The notes below the pieces were generated by a model. It was not told where the DNA came from, ran no database searches, and was given only the letters and a program-made list of their open reading frames with translations. This document shows, in pieces, positions 35,331 through 47,200 of a DNA stretch of 49,696 bases. The DNA is from Hyphochytrium catenoides (taxonomy: Eukaryota; Protista; Hyphochytriomycota), in contig FLMG01000366.1 of assembly GCA_900088475.1 (NCBI GenBank), positions 1 to 49,696 of the forward strand, in the 5' to 3' direction. A program made the translations under genes and the position numbers. The first letter of the stretch is position 1. Each line of letters starts with the position of its first letter.

Positions 35331-36677
35331 ATGGTGCAGCTCAAACACAGCGTGCAAGCCGCGTCACCCGCGCTTGAGGTCGAAGATGAGGAGCTTTTCA
35401 GATATCGTGACACAGAGGCCTTCGTTCGAGACTGCGATCTTTCTCCTGTCCCTACCGAAAGACTGAAGAAAGTTTCCCTTGTGGAGTGCAAACTCTCACC
35501 CATGCCTGAACGAATGTCGGAGGCAAGCATAGCAGATGACCACGAAGTCTCCCCCATGCCAGAAAGGTTCACATACGGGGCGCTCCGTACCCCTATCACC
35601 GCCAGTGACATGGACGACCATGGCCCTATCAGGACGGCAGAGAGGAGCTCTGTTAGGCGAAAGTGGGTGGGAATCGTAGGCCTCGTAGCCGTAGTTGGAG
35701 CGGTCGCCACCGTTGGAGCAATCTATCTCCAGTCAGATGAAGAAGAATCATCGGTACCGGTTGCGCAGTCGCTCTTGAAGCTAGATTCAAACGGTGAAGC
35801 GGCAGGCGATGCCAGTCGCTGGTGTGTGGTGTGGGATTATGCCGAGGATAACAAGGCAGAGTGGTTCGACGGTCACAACAAACCAGTCACAGTTGATAGC
35901 CCCAAAGGCGATGAAGCACTTTTCACTCTCACTCCAGAGAGCGGGAACGGATTGCCTGACGTCCATATCAAGAAGCCTTTTAGCGGCCGCAAAGCCTTCT
36001 TTATCGAAGCAGATTGGGGAACATCCACGTCGATGGGTAGTGTTTGGCTCCTGCACGAATCAACAACCAATTGCCCCAATGGCATTTGCACACAGTTTGG
36101 AAAGAACGCATGGCCTTCAACCGGAGAAATCGATATCTTCCAAACTCTAGAAAGCTACCCAGACACCCCCAATTGGCAGGATCATGTCTACTCCTGGAGC
36201 GCCCAGCAATGCTCCGTATCCTTACAATCTTTTCCTTGGCATCGTTTTGGGGTCCCACGCTCGCGGGGCCTGCGATATCTCGTTATTGTAGACCAGCTAG
36301 AGAAAGGTGGCCAGTATTGGCAAATAGTCCTTGACCCTAAAGTGGAAGGCAGCAGCACATGCTTTGACATCAAGCAAGCGCGCGGATGGTCTGATTTCAG
36401 TAGTGCAGCTTCTAACCTTGAGTGGCCCAACAGCAAGTACATCGTCATGAACAATGGCACGTTGCACTGGGGCTCAAACAAAGAGGGTGATTGCTGGAGG
36501 AAGGCACCGGTAGCCCCAGATTATGACAAACTCAACCTCGGGCTATTGGACGAACAACCTTGTGGCTATCCGTTTTTTGGAGGCTTCAACTGGCACTTGA
36601 AGGCTACGCAGGGTTCTCTCAAGGTGAAGACAATGAAAGTCTTCCAGCCTGTGACCGGAAAGGACCAGTGCTTTTAG
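35331..36677 (+). CDS. Type II membrane protein with a C-terminal GH16-like (beta-glucanase/transglycosylase-type) domain; acid/base Glu replaced by Gln; intronless
   Basis: RRK followed by the TM helix WVGIVGLVAVVGAVATVGAIYL. GSVWLL...WPSTGEIDIFQ matches the GH16 WPxxGEIDIxE motif. First ATG is 35331, although the frame is open from 35130. Confidence 0.7.
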   Translation: MVQLKHSVQAASPALEVEDEELFRYRDTEAFVRDCDLSPVPTERLKKVSLVECKLSPMPERMSEASIADDHEVSPMPERFTYGALRTPITASDMDDHGPIRTAERSSVRRKWVGIVGLVAVVGAVATVGAIYLQSDEEESSVPVAQSLLKLDSNGEAAGDASRWCVVWDYAEDNKAEWFDGHNKPVTVDSPKGDEALFTLTPESGNGLPDVHIKKPFSGRKAFFIEADWGTSTSMGSVWLLHESTTNCPNGICTQFGKNAWPSTGEIDIFQTLESYPDTPNWQDHVYSWSAQQCSVSLQSFPWHRFGVPRSRGLRYLVIVDQLEKGGQYWQIVLDPKVEGSSTCFDIKQARGWSDFSSAASNLEWPNSKYIVMNNGTLHWGSNKEGDCWRKAPVAPDYDKLNLGLLDEQPCGYPFFGGFNWHLKATQGSLKVKTMKVFQPVTGKDQCF

Positions 36678-36858
36678 TGTTAGCCCTCTTTCTCTTCTTG
36701 ACTCTAGCCTTCACCGACCGTTTGACAATTACTCCTTATTGTGTCCCTACTTTTTCAAACGTGATAGAATTTCTATTAGGGACGGACAACACTATTATTA
36801 ATAGAACAAAGCACCCATAACTTTAGCAATAATAGTAGTGTCTAGTTTTTTTCTTGCG

Positions 36859-37335
36859 ATGCTCGTGAGGTTTTGCAGACGAAGAGCTCGACATTAGTAT
36901 CACCTTAAAAAAGACAAGCGAAGCCCCGAATGATGTAAACACCCGGGGTGCTCTTTTGTTGCCATTGACTTCGTTATGCTCGTGAGGTTTTGCAGACGAA
37001 GAGCTCGACATTAGTATCACCTTTAAAAAAAAGTAGCGAAGCCACGAATGATGTAAACACCCGGGGTGCTCTTTTGTTGGCAATGACGTCATTCTCATCA
37101 GCCCTAGGAAAATGATAGACCGAACCACTTACTGCTCTGCCTTCAAACCTCAACAACCATTGAGGCTTTTGCAGACGAAGAGCTCGACATTCGTAACAAA
37201 GGAGAAGCGAAGCCACAAATGGTATAAACACCCGGGGTGCTCCTTTGTTGCCAATGACTTCGTTCTCATCAGGCTAATCTATGAATCGAACCGCTTCCTG
37301 CTCTGCCTTCCAACCTCAACAACCATCATGTGAGG
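36859..37335. repeat. Three-copy tandem repeat (units of about 117, 185 and 175 bp)
   Basis: gagg.tttgcagacgaagagctcgacatt...gcgaagcc.c.aatg..taaacacccggggtgctc.tttgttg.ca.tgac recurs at about 36866, 36983 and 37162. Confidence 0.92.
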
Positions 37336-38269
37336 ACGAGAGGAAAGCCAGATTAATAAAAGCCAAAGACGACGAAAAGCAATAAAGATGAGAAAGGTCT
37401 TTGTCCAGCTCTTTGTCCAGCAGTATCCAAAGTCTTTGTCTTAATGTCCGCCACCACAGACAGAGCTCTGTGGAACTCTATGATCCAATGGCCCCAGTCC
37501 CTACTAATAATAGCAATAACATACAGCGGGAGGCCCAAAAGGCCAAATCAGCAATCTCTGTCTGCAGTCTTCGATGGAATAAACAGCTCATCACTTTCTG
37601 ACTGCCGCTTGATGATGATGGAGGTGAGTTGCGAACACTGCAATAGGTTTCATTATATATGTTGCTTACTTTTCCTAACTGATAACTTCCCAAGGTAGAA
37701 ATATACTATTCTTACATGAGAAATGTTTCCTTCAGAACATCCTTGTGAGAATTAGAGACTCCATTGTGGAGGGATTAGCCCTTCTATTGACTGGGACTGG
37801 CCTGTTATATTATTGCGATGTGTCTCTCATGCTTCTTCCCTCAGAGCCTTGAAGAAATCTGCAGAAATGTTTGTTATTGCCACCTTCGGCCTGCAGATGA
37901 AGATGATGTCTGAGGAGAGGATAGCGTCAGCTTCAGATAATGTTTGGAGCGCTCGCGATGCTGCTCTTGCCACTCTTTGAGATGTGCTCCTAATGAACTG
38001 TGCCTTTGATTTGCCATTGAAGTTGGACAAACTAATATAAGGAGAAGGTGAGGGGCCCTAGAGACCTCTTGGACAGGACAAGAAGGTCCCACCAATTACT
38101 GCCTTTGCTGCTCCGTTGCCCAGCAATTCTAGAACTTGACCATGGATTGTTAGTCACCGCTGCCGCCTGGCAAGGTGGCACTAACCGGGCAATTAGAGAG
38201 ACCGTCGCGCTGCGGGCTCCGGCCGGTCCTCGAGACAAATAACAGAGATAAGGAAGAAGAAGGACAGAA

Positions 38270-41200
38270 ATGCAGTCGTCTCTTCTCCCTTTGGACCGCC
38301 TACAGCCGTGTGATATCCCGGCGTTGTTCGCTTCGGATGCAGACGACTGGGAGGGCAGGTATGCAGACCTTATTGAACAGGTGTTGCACTATAGGTACGT
38401 CAGTCCACCCGAGCGCGATATGAAAGTTATTCATGTTTCACAAGCTATGTGCCGCCCCGCTGCAGATCCATACAGGGCCCAGATCATCCGAGTCCTGCCT
38501 GTTCGCTACCACTGTCGCTGTGGCTGGAGTGGATTCTATCCATTAAACTCTTGTCCCAGACAGAAGTTCAGCTCGCTATTAGGACTAGTGCTTGTGAGTG
38601 GCGTATCATGCTGCATGTACTGCTTTCGCCTTTTGACTGTGTTGCCATTCCAGCTCCTCGGATGTTTCTTGAAAGCGTTGTAGCCTCACTTCCCAAGCGC
38701 ATGTGCGGGTACTGCTTCAAGCCTGGAGACATTGCATGGAACTGTCGCACATGCCAAGCGGATGACACATGCGTCTTCTGCAATGAATGCTTCCGTAACT
38801 CTAACCACGAAGGACACGAGGTCTACTTCTATCATACACAAAGCGGCGGCTGTTGCGATTGCGGCGACCCTGAGGCTTGGCGGTATGAAGGCTTTTGCAA
38901 CAGACACCGCGGGGCTTTCGATGCAGATCCTCTGGCCTGCATCCCGCCCGGACTTTTAAGCTGTTCTACCCTCCTCCTTGCTAAACTCGAACGGTTCTTG
39001 ATAGATGCTGTGCAGCAATGCGTTGAGGGCTTTGATCTGTCGGAATCTCGTCTGATCCAAGATGGTTCGAGCTCTCGCTTTTGCCTTTTGCTGCACAACG
39101 ATGATGTACACACGATAGACGAGGTATGCGGAGCTCTGGCTAGGATAGGTTGCCACTCCGACGAAGCAATCACTAAGGCCACGGTAGCTCATGAGGAGGG
39201 CCAAGTCATTCTACAATATTTTTCTGATTACTCCCTAGGCAGACCCGCTGCTTCAGTGCTGAGGGAGCACGACCTGCTTGTTTCTTTGATCTCTGAGAGG
39301 ACCTTGAGAAGAGTGGAGATAGCCGTGGAGGCCATTACGTGGGCAACAGACATTGCCTATCTGGCCGATGGGTTCACGCGCGTTTCCTACCTAGAGCTCC
39401 TGAAGCTTCGGCCAACTTCCAACTTCCAGCCTTGGTCGCCATGCGAGAGAACGGAGTCAGCAGCCATTATCCGCTACCTAATATTAGGTCACAGCAGAAT
39501 TCCCAAGCAGCTCATGACTGCTCTACACGGTTTCTACATGGCACTCTTGGCTGACCCCAAATTCAAGGAGGCGTTTGCGACTGCTTTCACTGAAGCTTAC
39601 CGCTCAGTTTATTCGGATTATGGTAAGGACGTGAAGTAGAAGGAGTAGAAATTGGGAGAGGGGAGAGATGAGAAGTAAAGTACATCGCGGGCCAAGCGCT
39701 GCGAAAGCGGATGAAGATGGCGAGAACCTTGAAGAGGGAAGGGTCGGTATAGGCCATGCGGAGGACTGATTTTGATCAAATGGGGTTGGAACAACAATTG
39801 TCGTCTATGTAAGTCGCTCTGACACCGCCTTTTCTTACTCTTCGTGATCAGTGCGCGGAATCGGGACATTAGCGGAGACCATCATAGGTTTTGGTGTCCA
39901 ATTTCTCAATCGAGGGAGCTTTGTCTCGTATCTGATTGAACGGCACCAGCTATTTGAAGTGCTGCTCAGCTCTCTTACCATGGCATTGGCACAGGCCTGG
40001 CAAGGGCCTCAGGAGAGAGCGGAGACGGGAAGAGCACCGCACCCACAGCAGGTAGGAAGGAAGGTAGCATAGAAGCGCTTTGGGTACAAACTGTGGCCTC
40101 TCCCATCTGGTGGCTGGGCTGGACATACTCTTTCTTTCCGTTCTTCACTTCTTCCGTCGAGGGAGTTTAGCCCTCGGCACTTTGGCTTAGTGCTTTCTCT
40201 TTGGTCTCATACCTCTTTTGTCATCCTACATCGTAATAGCAACAACTGACCGATGCTGTAAGAGAAATGGAAGTAGCTGTTGGAGGTAACAGAGGGCTCC
40301 AAACTGACTTGGTTGAGGCACTGCGACAGGTGCGGAGTTAGGGAGTACTCTATGGTTATACTGCTCACATTGTCTTATTTGTTTTGTCTTATTTGTCCGA
40401 CTTGGTTCACGATTTTGCCTTCGCTGGTCAGATCACCTCACATATACTCTGTTAGCTTTTCGATCATGACATGGCATTGTTGTTCACTCTCCGCGCATGG
40501 TGCCGTCTTGTCCCCTTACAAGGCTTCTGGCTCTCAGTATCTAATGCAGCTAGGTAACGTGCAAGATGAAGTGCAGAGGGAGAGAGCTGCTGAAGGTGTG
40601 CTCTCAACCATTAGAGCGCACGCCCATCCAGATCAGGTACCACACCTCGTGTCGGTCTTCAACCAGGTTGTGGAGGCCTTTTTCTCTTCCCTTCGAAGCG
40701 ACGAAGCGAACAATGCTCACGGTACAGCCAGAGTAAGTAGTGCTCGCTCGGATTCCTCAGTGGACAGGAGCAGCACCACTTAGGACTATTGTCCTTTTGA
40801 CCCTTTCTTGGCTTTGACTGTACTTTCGTCAGATAGGCTTCATATCTGCTGGCTGGGTAGAGATGGGCGAAGTCTTCCAATTTTTTTGGTGATCTATTTC
40901 CTCTGTTCGCAGCCGTGCTGAACGACCTGATTGTTAAGGATAAAGCTATGGAGGAACACTTTGAAAGGACTCTTTACTAATCAGCTCACATTCTCTTTCA
41001 GGCAGCAGATGGACGCGGAAGAAGGTTGGATGGAGCAGACAGCGCACAGAGAAATATGGGTAGAAGACGAGGCGTTTTCAACCTGGACCATGCTGTCCTT
41101 ACTCAGCGGCGGTATCAGAACTGCATTATTGATCTTAAGTACACGCTGCAGATAGCAGGCATGCCATCCAAGTTTGTTTCAGGAGTGAGGAACAGGGGCC

Positions 41201-44200
41201 ACACCTCGGCATCTTTGCTTCCCGATGCCTCAGAAACACCTTACGCCAAATTGTTAGAGATATTGAGGATGCTGCAGGTAAGCTTCGCTGACTTCTCCAA
41301 GTGTTTCTAACGTTGGCCCCTCTTTGGGCCTCTTTCTGCCATCTGGTCCGTAGTGTCTTGTATTTATGCGCTATGTATAGTCGATGCTCCTCGAACTCGC
41401 CAATATGCTGCCGCTTCTACTTAAACTGGCGAAGCCATCGCCTGCCTCTTTAAGGACGCAATAGCGTCTACCTGCGCTACGTCAGAGTCACCGTTTTTCT
41501 GTGTTGCGGATGGTGCCTTCTGTCCCTTTGATTTGCTTCGTCAATATAAACCATTGCTGTATAGGGTATGGATGCCCAGCAACGGAAGGTGGGCCATCAT
41601 GTGGAGTACGAGAGCCGGACGTGGCTCAATGCCTTTGACCTCAGTATCCATGTGGGAGGCCTTTACTCTCTTGTTCTGAACTGTCTCATTCCTTTCAAGG
41701 ACGGGGGAGAAAGAGTAGAAGAGAGGTAAGATAGACGTAAAGGAGCGAAAGGATATCTGTTCGTATCAGGAGACAAACACACTACCCGCGTCAAAGGATA
41801 GAGAGGGCAACTCTGAAGGACATCAAGTTCCTCGAGCTAATGGTGTGAGGGAGCAGCTGAGACGGCACATGGTGTGTGATAACGAGGAGATGGAACTAAG
41901 CTTCTTAATTATAGGCGCTCATTGGAAGCTGTGGTCAACGCTGTGGGTGGAGGAATAATGCAACAGCTCTTTATGTGGCTGAGAGAGACAGAGTATGTAC
42001 CAATCACCTGTCTTTGCTCTTGTTAGCCTTGTGAATAGCCTTGTGTGTGGATAATTCCTTTCCTTTGACTTCATTAATCTTAGATCATTCTGTGAGCGGT
42101 AGCTCCATCCTTTAATTGTCTCACCACATTTTTCTCATGACTAGGCAAGACACTCCACCGCCGCTGAAGAGCTTTCCCTCGGCCGTAGGAGTGATCCAAA
42201 GTTATGAGTATGATGTCTCTCGCCGTGCCGTATCTTGCCATCTTCCTCTTCATCGATTTCTCTCACTCTTTTTGAGAGAGTGCTTGAGCATCCACGGAGC
42301 TGTAGAAATGGTGCTGAGGATGGTGTCCCGCTTCTGCCTCTCACGTGGTGAAGAGAAAGTTGGAGAATGGCTCCGTTTCTCTTTGGTAGAGTTTCCTTTG
42401 AGAGCCATGGCTCAGGCTTCCCAAGTCCGTGCGGGTATGAAAGTAGCGTTTTTCCTGTCTGTTACTTTGGCCTACTCCATTTACGTTCTGAGTTCCCCGT
42501 GAAATTTCGCCTCTTGCGGATCATCCTCCTGAATATCGGCGTTACACCGCCTATGTGGACGTAGAGTTCCTGTCATGGGCTGTCCATCATGTTAGGCCAG
42601 CCCCATTTTGCCATTTCGTTACCGCTCACTTTCGCTATCGCTCTTTTAAAGATACGGTTGGACCTTACTGTTGCTCTAAGAGCTTACCTCTGTAAGCGCT
42701 CACCCTGCGTCTAATTCTCTGTGTTCTTCAATCTTTCTGTCAACGACTGCCGCGCCATCTAGGGCTATGGAAGCGAAATGGCACCGTTATGCTGAACCAG
42801 ACTATCAACTATGCAGAACCACCTTGTTGTCGACAGATGAGGGACCTAGACCTCCTCCTTCTACAGACGGGGGTGGTCTTAGAAGGAGAGGATAAGCTCC
42901 TCCACTCTCTACTAGCACGCTATAATGTCGTCCCTCTCTTATTAGGGGAAGGAGAACCTAGACTGGAAAGCTTCAACATAGAAGGCGTAGCTGAAGAGAA
43001 CATGGTTACATTAGCAGAGGTAACGCCGTCGCCAGGAATCACTTCATAACATGCTCTCAGTTCCTAGGTTGCTGCAGTTGAAGCAACTGTTCCGCATACT
43101 TTCTCCCGCACGCTATCTTTCATAGCATCCGCCGAATGCAGCTTGCGCGCACTTACGTGGTTAGCTCTAATGCTCCTGAAATTCCTCGATCCCTTGTCAA
43201 CCAGGAATTTTTGGATCTTCTCTTACAGCTCTGTACGGAGCTTCCGCTACCTGAGTCGTCAGCGCAGATGCTCTTACTTCGTAGGGAGGTAGTTCACCGC
43301 CTAGCTTCTGGACCCTGTACGTACAGTGAGATAATGAAGACAGTCAACCTCATCTCGTTCGTGTACGGCCCGAAGTTCACTCCGCAGCAGACAAATGAGG
43401 TATGAGAAACTACTGTTTTAACTCTTGAAGAAAGTTAACCTTCCTACTTCTGTCCAGCTGCACTAGCCCCTGTCATCCGCATTGGAGAGATAGTTTGCTT
43501 ACTTTGTTTGTTTGCTGTCCTATAGGTTCTTCAGGCTGTTGCTACTCGTGAGCAATCATCGTCTGGCGGACTGGAACCTGGCCGTTTTCGCCTCCATCCG
43601 AAGTGCTACAGGGAGTATGAGCCAACATTTTTGCACCTAACCAAACATCAGCATGAGATGGCTCTAGAGCTGTGGCACCGGGTGCGTAATGCTCCTTCGT
43701 GTCCCTTGTCCTTGACTATATGTTCAGCTTTGATCTAGATTTCATTTGCCATAAGACGAGTGTTGGGCACTCCTGTGGAGCCCTTCGGCTTCCTACTATG
43801 AATTATGACTGGTGCCCTCCTGGGTTGTCTCTTGTTGCCATTTCGCTGCATGCCGTAACGCAGAGTCTTGCACTTGTGCAATGATGATAATCCTTCGACC
43901 CGTTGCCTTTGAATCAGGTGCCTGCTGCGGTAACAGCTCAACTCCTTTTCTTCCTTGTGTATTTTGTTTATTGGCTTCTTTATTTAAAGATAAGCTCAAC
44001 TCTTCTGAAGCGGTCAGGTCTAACCGTTCTGCTTCTCATTACCAGGAGCGTCGAAAGGAGGAATCAAATGGGATGAAGAGTCTTCCTCTCGCTCCCAGGC
44101 CGCCTTCCTTTGATCCTCAATTCTCTCCTTTGCGCCGGTTGCTGCTCCGCAGTGACATCTTAGTGATAGTCCACCGTCTACTAGTTAGGACGCGAGCCGC

Positions 44201-47200
44201 TGTCCAAAGAGGAAATCGAGCCAAGGGTAAGGCGATACGAGAAGCGAGAAGCAGTAGGCGATGTGCCATTTCTAGTTCTTGCCTGGTCTATTAGACTGTC
44301 CTCTTGCAACTTGTCACCCTCCCCTCGTTCGCTGCAGCTTCGATATCGTTTTTGACCATTTTTTGAATTCCTTGTTGCGCGACTTCCATGCTATTTTGCG
44401 TACCTTAACCTTGAGGGCCAGGTGGTTAACTAATGGTTGCGGTCGTTGTCTTCCTTTACGTAGGTGATGCTTTCAAGTTTCACTCCTTTGGTCTCTCGTT
44501 CCGCGCACTCTACCTGCTCACTCTTTCCATCTACTCACTGGAGGATGAACAGCTATGTCCCGGAGAGAGAAGAGAGCAATATATGAAGGAAATAGTAAAA
44601 ACGAGGCCCAACTTGGATTTTGCAGGGGATCGGACCTTGACAGAGCAGAAGGAGGAGAGCATATTCGAACTTATTCTTTCTCTTCTCGCTATTCCTGAGC
44701 AAGGTGATGAATGGACTACTAGCGTGACGTTTCCTTGTTCCCGAGTTTATCATCACCTTCCTTTCTTTCCTGTGATACCTGAATGGATTGCACTATGAGG
44801 CCGTCTCTGCCTTCCACTCTATACCTGTCACCATCTCCTCAACATTTTCATCGTGTCAAACATGGTCGGCGCCGCTTTCTCAGCACCGAGTTTTGCGAGT
44901 ATTGTCCCCTAATATATGCTTTTGTTTTTTAGAGCTCTCAAGTCCCGCTCGCACTGCGGGCCAATATCAAGAGCTTGACAGGTTGGCTCTGCAATGGCTG
45001 CTGGACCGGTGGTCCTCTTTAGATGAGGATTGTCGGAGTCTGCTAGAGAAAGAGGAGCTTAATAGAAACAGGCATAGTGAAGAGCAGCGGCAGAAGAGAA
45101 AGGTACCGGAGACCACACTGTACCATCCACAGCAACTTCCTTATCTAGGGCCTTTCTCCTGTCGTGGACTTTCCATCCCTTAGTAGACCCTACATTTAGT
45201 CGAAGATTCAGTTTGAGGTCTTATAGCCCTGTTTCCTTTTTTACTTCGGACTTTCGGGTGGACTGGGTGAATTCTTGGCATATGCACTCCTGCCACCATC
45301 AACGTGCTTCGCCATTTTCTAATACTTGCTAAACGGCCCTACAGGAAGAGCTAGAGCGAAGGAAACTGGAAGCGCAGCAAAAAGCCTTGGAAGCCATTAG
45401 AAGGCGACAAGCCAGCTTTGCAGCGCAGAATATGGACTTAGATGAGGAGGAAGAGCACAAGGAAGAGGAGGAAAAGGAGAAGGAAGAAGAGACCATGGGA
45501 TCCTTGGAAGAGTCAGATATTCAAAGTAGGCGGGGCGACAGAGGAAGTCGAAGCTCATTTGCTAGTTCAGACCGCGACAGTGACTCCAGAGCTAGAAGCA
45601 GCTCTCAGGTATCTGCTGTCTGTCCCTATGTTCTTTCTCTAGACCACTTAGTGTCGTTTGGCAAGTTTCGTCGAAGGCCCTTCCTGACCTCAACGAGAGT
45701 CATAGGCCTATGTAGGCTCCCGTCCTGTTGATCGCATCTGTCCGTACCCAAACGTTACTGTTGGGCCCATGCACAATGGCCTCCATCGGTTCTTATCCTG
45801 GACTGACATTTGTTTCTCCCTCGTGGTCCAAACTGTTGTTTGTCTCCAGACTTCATTACCTTACAATTCAGCACCAGAGTGCATTGTTTGTAGAGAGAGA
45901 AGCGACAAGCCAGTAGGACTATGTGCCTTCGCACAACGCTCTTGTGTTCTAAGGGAAGGGACAGCAGACGCCTTGGTGCCTCCTCAACAGGTACCAAGAG
46001 GTTTCCTACACGGCAATCGCGATAACGCCTTTCAGAGCTTTGAGAGGAAGAACAACGACATGGTAAGATGCGCTACTATCATTTTCTTATCTCTAGGCTT
46101 CATCAGCCTCCCGCCTTCATTTATTTTCTCCTGCTGAGCTCTGAACGTTTGCTGGTTAGGTACACCTCCGCCTGTGTGGACACGCAGTACACTTCTCTTG
46201 TTTCGAATCGTACCACTCACTTCGCCAACGTTCCCTTGGAGCCCGTGCACTGGACTTGCAGAACGCTGTGTCCGTCAGCAAGGGAGAGTTCCTTTGTCCT
46301 TTCTGCAAGACCGTTGGCAACGTTATCGTTCCTTGGGTACAGCAAAGCACTGCGCTTAAAGAAATAGGCAAAGACGGGTACGTCACTTCCTCACTTCATC
46401 CTATAGTTCAAGTTCTACCCTTATTGTCATCATTTGCCTGCTTGGGCGTTGGGGCTTCAATTTTTAATGAGCAATTCTGGTTTCCATATTGGGACCTGTC
46501 TCTCTTCCTTGTCTCATCGGATTAACTTTTCTCTTCAAACACTGGTCACTCCGTACTGTCAGACTTGAATCACCTATTCTGTCCTTCGAGCAAGATGTGA
46601 TGGGTGGACCCCTCCCTCTTCCTCTTGATTCTGAAGCCTCAGTTGAAGCCGCCCTTTCGCGTAGCTGCGAGCTGGCTGCCAAAGCCTTTGAAGGTAGGTG
46701 GTGGAAAGAAAAGATAATAGGAGTTGTGTTCACCTTCCATCCCTCCTTTATCCAGTTATCCTTCTTTAGCTGTTAGAACATTCCTACCGCGCATTATTTT
46801 GATGATACGTCAGGCAGACCGATACTATCGGGCACCCTCCGTCCTGGTCATTGTTGCTTGCCTTGCGTGCTTGATCTAATCCAGTTGCTGTGTAGGGAGC
46901 CAACGAGGTCTGGACGAATCCCTAGCCTGGTTAGGTAGCTCATTATCAACCAGATGGACTTTAGAAAGAGTAGAAGAAGGTTGCGTAGGTGCCAGAAGAC
47001 TGACAGGTGGAAGCATGAATGACATCGACCGAGGCGATAGAGGTCAACGATGGGCAGAGTGGCTGCAGGGCCTTCAGAAGTTCTGCGTGAAGCTCTACCA
47101 GGTAAACAATCGTCATTCACTGCTTTAGATGTCTCAACTGCTTTCCTTTCCCTTAGATGTCTCAACTGCTTTCCTCTTCCTTTTGCTTTCAATCATGTAT

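Noticed and set aside
36859-37335. CRISPR array, hammerhead ribozyme or C/D snoRNA cluster
   Set aside because: Eukaryotic context with no unique spacers and no cas genes. CTGATGAG on the minus strand lacks the downstream GAAA core, and no paired D box is evident.
37827-38238. Possible small minus-strand gene divergent from UBR1 (HGQVLELLGNG, faintly eIF1A-like)
   Set aside because: That frame has an upstream TGA, no ATG, and none of the remaining eIF1A motifs.
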